DNA of 56,070 nt, filler included, from Sluysia triapertura (lineage: Eukaryota): NCBI GenBank assembly GCA_046118255.1. It is 4 parts of 4 records of this genome, joined end to end, with 100 filler letters (N's around TTAATTAATTAA, not from the genome) between each part and the next. Parts side by side here need not be neighbours in the genome. Positions count along the whole stretch, not along the records: positions 1 to 13,784 come from JBJNIA010020183.1; positions 13,885 to 30,632 come from JBJNIA010198153.1; 2 more parts are not named here. The stretch is one strand, 5' to 3'. Position 1 is the stretch's first letter. Each line of letters starts with the position of its first letter. The notes beneath the pieces were generated by a model. The model ran no database searches. It was not told where the DNA came from and saw nothing but the letters and a program-made list of their open reading frames with translations. Of the stretch, positions 1-14,641 are shown one piece after another. The translations under genes and the position numbers were made by a program.

Positions 1-903
1 ATTTGAGATTATTAAGATGGAGTTCGCGGCTTTTATTGTCTTATTTTAAAGTTATTCGGAAGAATTTTCAATTGAATTTTATATCCGTTATTACAAATCG
101 GCAGAAGTTATTAAACAATAAATCTTATCTTTAAAGGAATTACACGATCTGTTCTTTCCATATTTCGTATTTCTTACGTATGTAAAGTAGAAAGGAGAGT
201 AAAAACGGTTGTTGTTACATTAAGTAGCGACGGTAACGAGATGTGCTAAACTTCGGTTGCAGTTGCTGTTTTATAGTAAGATAATGAATTTTTGAAGGCT
301 TTGTTATGTTCACTTAGGAAGATAAAAGAAATAATTTGAGTTGTGTTTGAAACGACGAATGTTAGAATAATTTGTTGAGATTTATTCAAGATTTATGCAT
401 TGAATATAATGGTTTGAAATGCTTATTGCAAGGTTGGAGCTTGTTTAATTTAAAAGATGATTACAAAATAAATCTTAGCGTGTTTGTGATGTTGTTAAAA
501 ATACGTGTTGATGATGAATATGTATAAATGAAGTGGGTTTGGTTTGGTGTAGTTTATTCGAGATTTTAGCGTAGATGTTTTCTATGTCTGGGGTACTTGT
601 TAACGTTGTTAAATGGTGTTAATGTATTTATGGTTTCTCTATTATGTATTATGGTTGTGGTTTGTTTGATAGAATAGCTTTTGAGTGAATGTTGTAGATT
701 ATTCGGAATTAATTATCTGAGTATGTTGTGAAGTAGATGGTTGAGGGTGTTAGTCGAATTGTTGGTATATATGAGTTGTTGAGATATTATAAATGTCGAG
801 TCTTGTTTATGATGATTGAGTTGATGTAGTTCGGTAGTATGAAATGTGATTGCTTTAGATATTATGTTTTAGTGAATTTAAATTATGGGTGTTGGCCACT
901 ACA
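1..903 (-). repeat. LTR-like family member (terminus TGTRGTGGCCAAC..., read on minus strand)
   Basis: Strand-skewed G/T-rich tract ending GGGTGTTGGCCACTACA; the same terminus recurs at 5742, 33516, 40787 and 46506. Confidence 0.5.
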
Positions 904-2599
904 CGCGATAAGCCTTTTCATAAAACTAATTGAACTATCACCAGACAAACCATTGCAAGAAACTAAATGGATCGTTCATGGTTTTACATCTTTCCATACC
1001 ACTGCAAAACAAACAACTGTAATTTCTACTTCAAAAACATGTATAGATGAAATCATGATAGCACAAATAGGATGATCGTTTAGTGCAAATTTTTTATAAC
1101 TTCAAAATCTGATTTAAAATCGTAAAATTCATCGACATCGATATTAACTGAAGTTTGTAATAAACATTTATTCTATCTAGTAATTTTAAAGTCATCACTA
1201 TTGATGATTACGAAAATAATTGTGTAAATAAAATTTGTAATCAAGTTTGCCTCATTCGTGTTGGATGTACTTCTAAAATTGTCGCTTTCACTGGTCTTTC
1301 GTGTTTGACTTTACCTTTAGAATCAGATTAGTTCCCATCTTCAGCCCTGTTTCTACATTTAGTTTTTTATATTTAGACTTTTAACTCTACATGCACTTTA
1401 TTTTCATATTTTATTTTATTTCTACATCTAGCCTAACCTTAAGCTTTTTATTTAACTTAGCACTTATAACTAAGTTAACTTATAATTACGTTTTCTTTTA
1501 TGCTTGTTTTTTGTTTCGCGTCAGTATCCGAAAAATAACACAATTCAGAGAAAAAATTGCATCAAAAAGTTTATAACAATTGTAACCCAAACAAATTAGT
1601 TGTGTTCAGAATTAACAATATTTCACCTTTCGCCGATTCATATCTTCTGACTAAGAAAGTAGTTGGATCATCACCGGTTTCAATGGTGACTTCGGTTTTA
1701 CATATAAATGACCACAAATGGCGCGAGGTTGGGTTCATAAAGATTTACTGAATATTTTACGGACAGGCATATGATTTGGAGAAAATGAGATGGTGTTGTG
1801 CACTATTGAGTACTGCATGTATATTGATATATGTTCGTGACATGTTTGTGTTTCATGTTTCTGATATAAAATTGTCTGAAATGGGTTGGACCACCGCAGT
1901 TATACTTATTAAATTCATTTTAAAAGGTACGTTAAACTTGGATTATTAATCGAATTACTCTTAAGAACTATTGAAAAATAAATTGTTGCGAATTCTGCAT
2001 TTAGAATTTTCTGTTTTAGAAAATTTAGAATTTGGAATGTTTTTTACAAGATAAAATTCAAAAAACATTATTTGCCTTACGTTAATTTTTTTACTAATAT
2101 TACATAATATCTGAATTGTGTTTCACATCTATTTTAATCTTAATCTCTTTGACTGCTACGCGATTCTTTTTCGAGAAGCTGTGAAAATTTTGTCTAAAAA
2201 ACTAATCCAGATTATTTTTCAAGTCCTACGAAGTAAAGTTTTTTCTTTGCCGTAAGTTATTAAGAAAAGATTGGAAAAGTATGTGATCTGGGCCACAACA
2301 CTAATAATAAATGGTTTTATTACTTTATAAATTTCTTTTTATTTCTTTAAATGAGACTTGAAACTCATTCGTTATTAAGAATTAATTACTTTTACTGACT
2401 GCAAATAAATAAAACTTTTATTTATTCGGGTTCAACTTAGTTACTTTTAACCATTAAATGCCCATACTATTAAACCAAGGTATATTCCCATGCGGATATA
2501 AATATATTTTCAAAGAAAAATGAATTTAGACAATATTTTAAACATTTTTATTATGATTAATACAAGAAATTTTCATACATGAATCATTTGGACAAATAA

Positions 2600-4918
2600 T
2601 TTGCAGTTTTCTATGCCTTCACAAGCAAATTTTTTACAGTTGCTACGGGTTGTGCTCACCTTTATCATATTTCCGTGGACACTGATAATGTCTTCCATGT
2701 TTATTAGGCAGATTCATGTTCTACAACATCATCTAATACAATTCCACATTTGTCATATTCTTGAGAGTAAATCTGAGGGATTCTGTGTTAGTTACTTAGT
2801 TTTATGTTCTCGTTGCTCCTAGAATATAATTTTAATATTTTTTACTATATTGATACTCGATTGTTTCTTTTGGATTTTATTTGTTTTTAACTTAAATTTT
2901 AAAAAATTTGAAGCAGGCTTAAGGCCTGACAAAACTAGATTGACGGAATTTAGATGACGAGTTAACCCTATATAAAAAATAAGGAAAACGAAAGATAAAT
3001 TATAACACAAAAAACGTAAATCTAACAAATATATCTTACAGTTTTTCTAATTGTTCTGAAATGGCTTTCGTTAAAGCAGCTCGCGGAATAAATAAGCAGT
3101 TTCTTGATGATTAATTAAATGTGGACATGTACAATTTAGTCATAGTTAATTTTTTAACAGAATTTTTCAAAGCTTTTAAAATGCGTAGTATAATGTGTAA
3201 CGCTTGCAGAATAACAAAGTTAATAGTTTCTAATAATCAAACATTAAACAGTTTACGTAATTGCTATTAATTAATCAGTTGAAGTTACATATATGCGCAG
3301 TTGCCTCGAGCCATTTTACACAATGATGATAAACAAGTAAATCGTCGTTATTGTAGAGTGGTACAGCTTCTTATATATCAATTGCAATTGACATTAAATC
3401 AGATATAAATGGTGGAAATGGTTCAATATTACTTCCTCTAATATTGTAAGTAATGGATCTGATACAACTTTATCCATATTTGTTCGCTCATTCGAATTAT
3501 TTGATACAATTACTCTTATTTAATGGCCATATTTTAACATAAGATAATGGTGATAACATGCTTACCATTAATAAATTTATGGTAAAATAATAAAAATTAT
3601 AATGATAATATAATAATAATATTGCCATGATAAAATAATAATATCCTATTATCTCCATTTAAATAAGTATTAGTAAGAGCTAATTTATCGCGTTATGCGA
3701 AATTTTTATGCACTATTGTGATAATCCTTGTACGTACGAAATTCAATTCTACTATTACTTAAAACGTAACAAAATTCGTCTATAGATGATTCTTGCACAA
3801 TACATTGATATTAATTGTTCAACTTTCTTAATATTATCACTGTTGTTTGAAGGCAAAGGGATACCATATAAAGATTCTAATTCTCTATAATTAAAATCAA
3901 AATTTTGTAAGATAGTAAAACTTTTTGTTAACCTTGTTATGATAAATAATTTACAAGTTATGAACATGCGCTGTGTATGGGTTGAACTAACCCATAAGAA
4001 TGAAAAAAAATAAAACATTAAGAATTTATGTAAGACAAATATTAAAATAAAATTGAAGAACAGAAAAATTTACGCACTGCAGGATATTGCATTGGTTTGT
4101 TTAGATTCTTCATCTAAACATTCATATTTGCATAGAATAGCTTGCTCATGGTGATCATCGATTTTGATACATGTGCGGGTTTAATGAATAAATAATATGG
4201 TAAAATTTGTTATCATTAAAAAAATTTATTATTAAATTTATTGATTAATAGACTAAAAACATAAATATAGTGGTAATAACATTTATTAAGATAATTTTTA
4301 TCAAAAATTTTATAATGTAAATTATAATTTTGTTCAATGATTGAATGTACCAGCGAATATATAAAAATACGAACATCAGTAAAATTCAAAGTAAAAAAGA
4401 AATTTTATCTCAATATTGTAACATATCGATGGACTTAGAATATTATTAACTTGTCCTTTCATAGATATTGGATGCATGTCGAATGAATTCTCTATGTGAG
4501 ATAAAAATATAAGGTTTAATGCTGCATTCTTAATGTGATGATGGTGATCATCCATATTCGGTACATACAAATTTGATATTTCGAGCTCGAGCAACTTAAC
4601 ATAATTATAATTTTCTCAAAATTTAATAGACTTCGCTTTTTCTGTTATGACGTACTTAAATGAAAATATCTTTTAGCGTATAGAATATAGGTTTTGTTTG
4701 ACCTGATTATTTGAAGATATGTGAATCTCCATATACAAAATAAATTCTTTTGAATACTTTAAAGACGATTCTGATAGTGATATAGAGCAAATAATAAAAA
4801 ACCAATTAGTAAACGATTTCTTTAAACTAAACGAATGAGAGATTAAATTATATTTCCTTTGAAACTCAATATCGTTAACGATTTCATCATTTACGAGTAG
4901 ATATAATATATTCGCCAT
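2600..4918 (-). pseudogene. Decayed multi-exon gene of unknown family
   Basis: Co-oriented ORF pieces (4673-4918, 4376-4594, 3755-4018 and smaller) separated by AT-rich intron-like gaps; in-frame stops; no recognisable domain. Confidence 0.3.
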
Positions 4919-5429
4919 ACGAGGAATTTTCTAAGTATTGTAATCAATCAATTTATTCTAATGTACATTGACCAAATTCCAATTTTAATTGACAACTATT
5001 AATGCCGACTAATAAAATTTAAAATTGTGTGTATATAATAGAATTGAGTTTTGTTATCAGGGGTTGACAACTGCTTTATTTAATTAACTGTCAACCACTG
5101 GCAGTTACTGGAATTATTTTGAGGTATTAATAATAACATTAAATGACATGAACTAAGAATAATAATAATAATGGTGATAATAATAATAAAATAAAATTAA
5201 TAATAAAAGTTCTTTCACTTAATCTATTTACTATAAATCTTTTCTTTCTCAACATAATAAAGCCAATTTTAAAAATGCAATACGATATCATTAATAATAG
5301 AAACATAAAACATAAATTCTTATTATCTTTACAAGATCTGTATTTTATAATTCTTGTTTCTCGAAATATTAAAATTCTTTACTTAATGCTTTGAAATAAG
5401 ATAAAAATTGAGCATAAGTCTTTTGCTTA

Positions 5430-5742
5430 TAAGTGTAAATGTTTGTTGCCCAAGATGTAAATTGAGATTCTAATGTTATGAATTAAGAAATAAAAATGTT
5501 TTGCATGAATTTTAATGTATAATGATGGTTTAAAATGTAAATTGTAAAAAAGCTTATGAATTAAAATGTTTTGAACAAAATTTACTGTGTAATAATGGTT
5601 TTTAAATGAGAACAGTTTTAATGGATCTGAAAGAAATAAAATATAGAAAGGTTTTAAAGGTTTTGTGTGTGATATGTTATTTGAATTTGAAATGTTGTCA
5701 AGACAAAATGAAATTTGTTAAAGTAATAAATTGGCCACCACA
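5430..5742 (-). repeat. LTR-like family member
   Basis: Ends TTGGCCACCACA. Internal AAATGAGAACAGTTTTAATGGATCTGAA matches the reverse complement of about 41041-41070 in another copy. Confidence 0.6.
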
Positions 5743-8700
5743 ACTTATGTTCAGGATCATTCATATACAAATTACGCATATTATGACGTCTGTTTGCTTC
5801 AGTTTTACGTCTTCGCGTCATAGTACATTTCTCTGAACTTTATATAATTTAATAACATTCTTGCAGTCACTTTTTTAAATTCCTCAATTTATTTTTATGC
5901 CAAATAGAATATTTTATATGTTACTCTTTTGTTTACTTTTTCCCTCTAAATTTTTTAACTACATGATTTTTTCTTTAAAGTCTGCAGTTAAAGAAAAGTA
6001 ATATTTTTTAATGTAAATTTATATTATATTATGTTGAATATTTTACAACTTATTAATCGAACGATATAGTAACAGCTTTTTGTTTATTGAGTTTTCTTTT
6101 TTATAAAATTCCTTATATACTGTTTTAATGTTTTGTTTATTAATATTTACAAAACTGAAGTGTATTATTACAGTATATTAATTATTCAATAAAATAGATT
6201 CGATAAAGTAAATTGTAAATAATTGATTAAATTTTAATTAATAATTTTTAAATAATTACAAAAATAATTCAAATTTGGATTGCATGTAATTGTTATTTAA
6301 AACTTATGCCTTTCTATTTTAATGTAAAATTTTCAACTTGGGAGTAAAGTGTAAACTTTATAATTATCTGTTCTCGTAAAAAACTGTAACCTTTATATGG
6401 ATATTTTAATAGTTTAGAGTTATTGCTTGTCTTATCTTTATATCTTTTTATTTACCTGTTAATTCCTTTTATATAAATGACTTAAAGTTTATTCTCTAGG
6501 ACTATTCTACTCATTGAGTTCTAAAATCTAATTAATAGAATAACTGTTTATATAATTTCCTTACGCCTTAACAGCCTTTTTCTTAACGAATATTAAACTG
6601 TATTAGCTTAACTCTAAAATAACTTCTCGCTTAGGTCATTCAAAATATCTTTTGTAGATTTAATTTAGAGATTGAGTTCGATACGTCTCTGTTTTTAAAG
6701 ATGGGAGTGCTAATTAAAGGTTTTATAAAAGAATTGGTTGCCATCTCATTTTTTAAAATTCGTTGCAACCTTATTTTGAATCAAAAGTAAAGAAACAAAC
6801 TCTAATTAAAAAATGTATTAATATAATTAAATGTTATTAGTAAAACAAAAAACAATCAAAAAATTCATTAAAATTATTAATTACTATTAATAATTTATAG
6901 TTTATATTAATTAAGTTTAATAGGGAAATTAATAATTTTGATTTGTCGATGGATTATCTCGACCAATCTTCACTGCAACTTGTGCCAAATCTTAATTTGA
7001 ATTTATAATCTTCGGGTAAATCATCAGAGTCGACGAAATCGTTTCTTGAAATTTTTTTTATAATAATGGTCCTTTTTATATGATTTTGTTAATAATTTAT
7101 AATACATTGTTAATTCGTAATGATGTAGATTGTTAATATAAATTTATAATGTTATTAATAATAAATAAATGATACACAATAAATATATAATCTGTTAATT
7201 CCCGTATGTAAAAATTTGCTTAAAATTTTTTTTTACATAATTTAAGTTGTAAAATTATTCATCATATTACTTTTATTATTAATTTAATATCAAACAGATT
7301 TATTATTAGAATTACATATTAACATTATTTCTTTACTAAATAATTATTCAGCATACATGATGATAGACAAAGTTTATTATTTATTAGTAAACATTTGCAG
7401 TGTTGTTCTTTATTCATTATATTCAATATGATCATTCAGCATACATTTAGGCATTCTTATTAAATCATTTAACACGTTCACGGACACCAAAAATGTTGGG
7501 TTCGTGATATGACACATTATTTTTGATTGATCAATATCAATTTTACTTTAGTAATGCTAATTATTATAATATTGTTGAATTTAAAATAAAAATTCAAGTC
7601 AAATAATTATTTTTTACAAAACTTAAAATGGTTCTGGATACTTTTTTGTGTCAATAAATTGTGTCAATACTTTGTATATACTTATAATAAATGTAAACAA
7701 TTAGACTTTAAATACAAATTCTGTAAAACGTTACTATTCCTCAATATCTTTAATTTACTTTATAATAGATCTCCACTTTAGTCCTCAATAATACTTTAAA
7801 TATCTTCACTTAGATAAATTATTGTTCAACAACTTAAACTCTTTATTGTTTTACTATTCAATTAATGTTTGTTTATTCTATCTAGAAGTCTGAGTTTGGA
7901 TACTCGTTCCGATGACGCAAGTAAATTTTTGTTTTATTTGCGAGGATACTCGAATTTGACTTTGATTGTTATATGAATGTTATTTTGTCTTAACCTTCCT
8001 TTGGGATTCTCCTTTTCTATTTAACAATTAATTAATAAATTAATAAATTCACAAGAAATTTTATTCAACAAAGATTTAAACACTTGATAACAAAATATAA
8101 AATGACAAATAGTTTAATAATGATAAATTTTAATGTTAATGAAATACAATATTTTAATTTTTCATACAAAAAGCAATACGTTCAATGTTTGATGAAGTTA
8201 ATGATAAAATATTTTTTGAATTGTTCTAATAGAGTTCTGGATACTCGAACGAATTACGCTAATTATAATTTGTACTATCCAAAATTCAATAAAATTTCAT
8301 AACAATTCGTCGGAATACTGTGCCAAATTCTGTGTCAACTACTGTTAAATATGACGAAAATTTATTAAATTCTGTGTAGAAGTAATAAAATGAGTAATCT
8401 GCAAAGTATCGTTTAATAGTAATAATTTACAAGTAGTAATACTAGTAAAATTAATAATAATTTACTAATAATAATACACATAATAATAATTATTTTTTGT
8501 CTGAAATTGTTAATACTAAAAAATTTATAAGTATTAAAAAGTAATACATAAGTGACACAATAATTATTGTTTTCTGTCTGAAATTGTTGATCATTTTTAA
8601 TTATATACTATTTATATTGAATCTCACTTCAATATGATTTTTTTTCTATTATAACGCTTTTAAATTTGATATAACATTATTCTATCAATCTTTAATTTAA

Positions 8701-9950
8701 GTTAATTTGAAAGAGAATAATGTATACTGGTTTTACTCAATCTCAATTTAATATAATTTTAACTCTCAGAATAATCATTATGTTCTTAAAATTTAATGTT
8801 ATATTGTCATTATATAATCTCATTTTAAAATGATTAATTATTTTATTTCAATCTAAAACTAATTGTTATTTGTTATTAAATTTTGAATTTGCATTGACTA
8901 TTAAATCTCATTTTAAATTGATATAAAGCATTATAATATTAATGATAATAATTTTAATGTTACTTTGAAATAATTTTATTTTTAAATTAAATAAATTTCA
9001 CATTTAATTTGAAAATTTAAAAATTAAATAATTGAAAAAATTAAGAATTAAAATAAAAGGTTGCATATTATGTACGGCTGTAACCGTACACGGTTAACGA
9101 GAAAGGCGGCTATAGCCGTCGCTGTCCGTAACTAGGCAAGTGCAACTGCACAGGGCTCAGGCCTGAAGGGAGTCCTTAGAGGGCTGACGAATGAATGTGC
9201 TCCGCCGAAAATTGAAGTCTGCTGACGATATTCTTATAATCGCTTTCTAATCCAAGAATTTGCTGTTTGGTTTTTATTTCAAATGTACTTTTTGAACATG
9301 AATACTGTTCGTTAATGAACTGCTTCGCACAAAATGTAAACTGAATGAGCTTGAATCTCTAGAGTTAGATTGACACAACACATTTTGTACGTATTACATT
9401 TTGCATTTATATAATCATTCTTTTAAAGTGGATCCATTTTGATAGAAATGTAATGCAGCACCTTGGTATTGTTGACTGGTTGATTCAAAGAATTTAATTT
9501 ATTTTTGAAATTACGCAATAATCAATTTAATTATAACTTCATTAATCTGTTTGACAACATTTCTAGTTGTAAGTTTAACATAATAAATGTGTATTATATA
9601 TTTTAAATCCATAAAATCATTGTTAGTGTTTAGTTTTATTAACATTTTAATAATCAATAATGTAGATCAATTAATAAGTGCACAAAAATAAACAATATTA
9701 TGTTTCCAATTTAATCTATTTCTAATATACGAGGTGATTATTCGTGATTTTCGGAAAACTGGCTATTGCCTTATGTTATTGATTAGAATGGTTAAAGAAT
9801 TTTGAAACAGTAACAATGTTTAACGGGTTTAATATTATAAAATCATATTTACTTTAATGTCATATTTCGAAAAATAATTTTACATTTTATTTTACTACTA
9901 TTACAAAACTAGTAATGCAATGTAAATAAATCTATTGCTTTAATATTTAG

Positions 9951-10131
9951 GCATTTTATTGTCTGGCTTGAATATTTTATTCTTTGGTGCCGTGTTTAAT
10001 ATGTTTTTTGGATCGAAAACCTTTATGACGGTGGAACTATATTTGGGTTTGGCTATTTTCAGTTTATTGATTTTGTTTGACACCCAATTGATTATTGAAA
10101 AGAAAAGAATGGGTGATAATGATTTCATTTG
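9951..10131 (+). CDS. TMBIM6: Internal exon of Bax inhibitor-1 (TMBIM6); other exons not found
   Basis: tttag|GC...TG|gttagt. Translates (G)ILLSGLNILFFGAVFNMFFGS...LYLGLAIFSLLILFDTQLIIEKKRMGDNDFIW, matching the BI-1 signature FDTQLIIEK...GD.D.IW. Confidence 0.85.
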
Positions 10132-13100
10132 GTTAGTAATTTATTTGAAAATGAAATACTTTTTCTATATATATCTACGCAAAATTAATTACTTCAGGTA
10201 AATATGTATTTTCTAAACTGTATTTGCATTCACAAACTCAATATTCAATTACAGCTTCATGATAAAATTAATGAAATAATATCAAATATATACACAAATA
10301 CAGAATGACAAGTTAGCAATTCTAGTAATTAGTGGCACGGCGTTTATTGTAATTTAATTAATTTTGAAAAATTAATATGGAAAATGTGACAGTGTGTTGG
10401 CCCATTAACTAACACTTAAGACATATTGACATCATCTGAACATGCCTTCCTATTTCGTTTCATGAAGAATACGAAAAAGTTCTGCCTATGAAAAATAGAA
10501 TTAACACGATGAATGCCACGCTAATTTTACGTGGCTTACCCGTCTAGTCAAAATGAATTTCTCACTATATGTTGCATATTTTGATGAAATATTATTTATC
10601 ACAGAATTTACAAAAATTTACTCGAATTATGTGTTTCTAATAATCTTGGCTTCGTCAGTCACAGCTGACCCCATGGCATTCAATGTGTTAAATAAGACAG
10701 CGGAAGAAATTTAAAATGTGTTATAATATCCGCCGAAAATATAAATGTTGTATTAATAATCGATGCAAATAAATGCTGCTTACTAATAATCAATTTGTAG
10801 TTCAAATAAAACAAATTTCAATGACTTAATAATTGTGTATCTCTACATTAGTTTGAATGCATATTATGAAACAATAAAGTTTATTTTTAGTTTAGTCTTG
10901 TACAATATATTCAATATGCGAAATTTGCTAGCATATTCAAGTTGTTGAATATGTATTAATAATAATAGTAATAATAACAATAATAATAATATTAAAATAG
11001 TTGAGCTTCTATATTGTGTTGATTATGATTTATACTTAATAATCAATAAATAATAAACTAAGTGCTATAATATTGATTTTATGTTTACGAGGCTAAAATT
11101 TACATTTTAAAATGGACGTTTTGATATTTTTTATTGTTTTTATACTTGTTTTAAGTACACATTAAAATTTTCTACAAAACTACTCGTAATTAACAGTGAT
11201 TTTAAGGCACATATTACATTATTAATTAGAAATACAAGATATTTCCAGACCAAATTATGTCTGGTAGTTCTTGCCTTTTACAGAATATTCAAATAATTTC
11301 AACAAACTAATAATACTACATGAATAATAAATATAAAATCAAATATTATCAGTACTTATTCATAAAAATAGGACAATTATAAAAATAGCTCAAAATATCT
11401 CTTCGAAGGATTGTTTATGGCTTTCAATAAATGTATCCGAGTTCCCTTTTCATTTTTGTGCTATATTTTAAAAAATTATCGTTCCGTATGTTTCAAAATG
11501 CCTTTGAAATTATTGACAACAAATGTGAAAAACTAAGTGCGACGTTGTAACAAATTTCATTTCCGTCCAAGTTAAGAGTGATATGAAAAAATTTTTAATA
11601 CGAATTTAATTGCGCTCGCGAAATTTTGAAAAACGTGGTTCGAACTATCAAGGAACCATTTGGTATCCTCATCTATCGACAGCCATGATTGATGCAAGAA
11701 TTCTAAGGTTTAATTTAAGAAAATATATTAACATTGATCATAAGAGATTGTTCAACAGCATTGCTACATCCTTTTAAACAATATTTAGAAAAGTGTGCAA
11801 GACTACCCTTAAGTACTTCTAGACGAAATGCATTTTCATTTTTAATACTAGCATATCGATTGATTTATATCCTTTATTAATGTTTATTATACATATGGCT
11901 ATTTGAAAGTGATTTGTTTTATAACCATTCTTCAATTTGTGGAATTATTCATTACATTTTTCGGCATCGAAATCAACTGAAATTTAAAGTATATAATAAT
12001 AGCATAAAATTAAATTAATTAGGTTAGATTTTAGTAATAACTTAAAATAGGTTCTAATAAATTAAAAGGTTGATATAATCTAATTTTAAAAATAAATAAA
12101 AATTTTTTTATAAATGTGAAAGATAAGCTTTTATAAATTTAATATAAATTATGCATAATACAAATGATTTTACGAAATTGAAGAGGTCATTTTATCCGTT
12201 CTAAACTACTCTGGTTTATCTGGTTTATTCGCTTGTGCTTAATTTGAATTGGTATAGATAGTTAGATTAAATTCGGATTTGGTGTTTTAGTTTTTGATTT
12301 ATTGTAATTGCACAAGTATGGAACTTGTCATATTTGCACTAGTTTTATTTAAGTAGTCAAAGTCGGTTTAAATGGTCAATTAATCACAAAAGTGAGTTGA
12401 ATGTCACTACAACTTCTGCTATAATCTGTTATACCTGCGAAGGTTTCAATGCCTATCGTAGTTTCGATACTTTAATATGTACCAAATATTGCAGCTTTGA
12501 CAATTACACTGTTTAAGAATTGTATGACTGTCGAAAGAAATCTCTATCGCCTTAAGCGGTATATCATCGTGATCACAGAAGCCGATTTATGCAAGAAAAA
12601 TGGATATCATTCGAATGTTATGATCGTCCGAAGAAATCTCCATCTTTGAATAATACCAATCAAATATTGTGATATTGCTAAAAGTTATTAAATATTACTA
12701 AATAATAATAGAAAATCATCACCACCACAAAACCTATATATTTAAGATTATGATTACATTTTAAGGATAATAGAAAATTGTTTTCATATCCTTAATATAA
12801 AATCACAAATCTTAAACGCCTGTAAAGCTATAGTATTAATAAAAATGTGTAATTTACAAATTCACTAATATTAAAAACTTAACGGAAAGGAAAAACAAAT
12901 AAATACATAAATTGAAAACCGTCATCATAATCAGAAAAAGATTTATCATCATCATTATCATTAAGAGGAACTGGCTTAGGACATAAAATAATACATATAA
13001 GCTGTTTTCATTGTAGTTCTGTAAATTAACAGTAAAGAAAAACTTGTGATAAATAACTGGTTATCTTCATTGTTGAATACTTACATAGTATCCAGCATCC

Positions 13101-13784
13101 AATAAAAACAAATACTTAACGCCTTTACGTTAATTTTTATTAATAATATACTACTATTATTGCAAGTAGTAAATTATTGATAAAAATTTATTTTAAATAA
13201 TTTTGAAGACAAAAATTATTGAAGCTTCCTTAAACTTTAGAAATAAGTTACTGATAATAATTAAAAAGACAAATTATATACAAACTATTTTGTGTGAAAT
13301 AATGTAGGTATAATACTAAACATTTAAATATGAACAATGATTGTTATGAGAAAATGTGCGTGATGTTTTATGCTATTGTTTATAAAATTATATATATAAA
13401 ACTATTTTCAACTCTGGAATAACTTCACATGCGTATATTTTTTCTACACCATATATATAAAATACTGTGTGTTTAATATTGTATTTGAATTTGATTTTTC
13501 TGCAAAAAGTTTTATTTCTTACCATAATAACTATTGTACGTGCTTCATTAAATACTTGTTTTAGCTTTATTGACGGTAAGTATAATACCCATTATGAAAT
13601 GGGTTAATCCAGAATTTCACATTCATCATGTAATTCTTTGATAAACTAGAATTTTTATAGTGCATTTGTGAACGCAGTATATCATTTTCTTTCATTTGGT
13701 ATTTTCCAATTTAACCTCTTGTCGCCCGAATTAATTTTCAAATCTAATAAAAAATTTTCGAAATTACTACTTTCGAAATTACTT

Positions 13785-13884
13785 NNNNNNNNNNNNNNNN
13801 NNNNNNNNNNNNNNNNNNNNNNNNNNNNTTAATTAATTAANNNNNNNNNNNNNNNNNNNNNNNNNNNNNNNNNNNNNNNNNNNN
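13785..13884. other. Artificial contig-joining spacer
   Basis: 44 N + TTAATTAATTAA (stops in all six frames) + 44 N = 100 nt; occurs three times identically. Confidence 0.97.
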
Positions 13885-14641
13885 TACCATAAGCGCTTTT
13901 GAGTACTTTCGCGGTAGATATGAGCGCAATATAAATTAATATATTATTATTAATATATTATCTCAAATTTTACAAAAGTAAATTAATTTTGAGTGTAGTT
14001 TATGATCAATGTAAATTTTGAACTTAATAATAATAATGCACTAACGATTTATGATAATAATAAAATTGTTTTTATCTTCTATGGAAATTGTAATCTCCTT
14101 CTATAAGAAATTTTTAAATGTCTTCTCGTTAATTTATCAGGATTTTAAAACAAACTTCTCCAAATAAAATTTTAATACTTTAAAAACCAAATATCTTATT
14201 AATTTATAAATATTTTAAAATAATCTTCTTCAAATAAAATTACAGCATTGAAAACTAATATATCAATTTGTTATTGAGAATTTATAAATATCTTCGTTAT
14301 TTTTATACTATTTTTTCGTTTACCAACAATTGGTTGGTATAGAAATATATCTAGTAGATTTAAACAATAAAATTTTTGATAATAATAATTTTTAAAGTGT
14401 TTTGATAATAATAATAATAAATTTTTGATAATTTAATAATAAAAAATAAAATTTAAATATTTTAATAATTTTAAATATTTAATATTTATATTTCAAATAT
14501 TTTAATATAATTTTTAATTATTTTACATAAATTTCAAATAAAATATGAAATAAAAATATATAAAATATCTTTACCAAATAAAAATTATCATAAGAATTCA
14601 AAACGAACCATAAAAGATAAAACGATAAAAATTAAAATTAA

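Noticed and set aside
905-1290. Minus-strand coding-like stretch, possibly a transposase
   Set aside because: No diagnostic catalytic motif recognisable.
11380-12680. Possible Polinton ATPase tail (KEPFG) and gag-like zinc knuckle (ICYTC) remnants
   Set aside because: Matches are too short and disrupted to support a call.
13829-13840. TTAATTAATTAA islands inside N runs as a biological motif
   Set aside because: Identical 100-nt construct three times; assembly linker.
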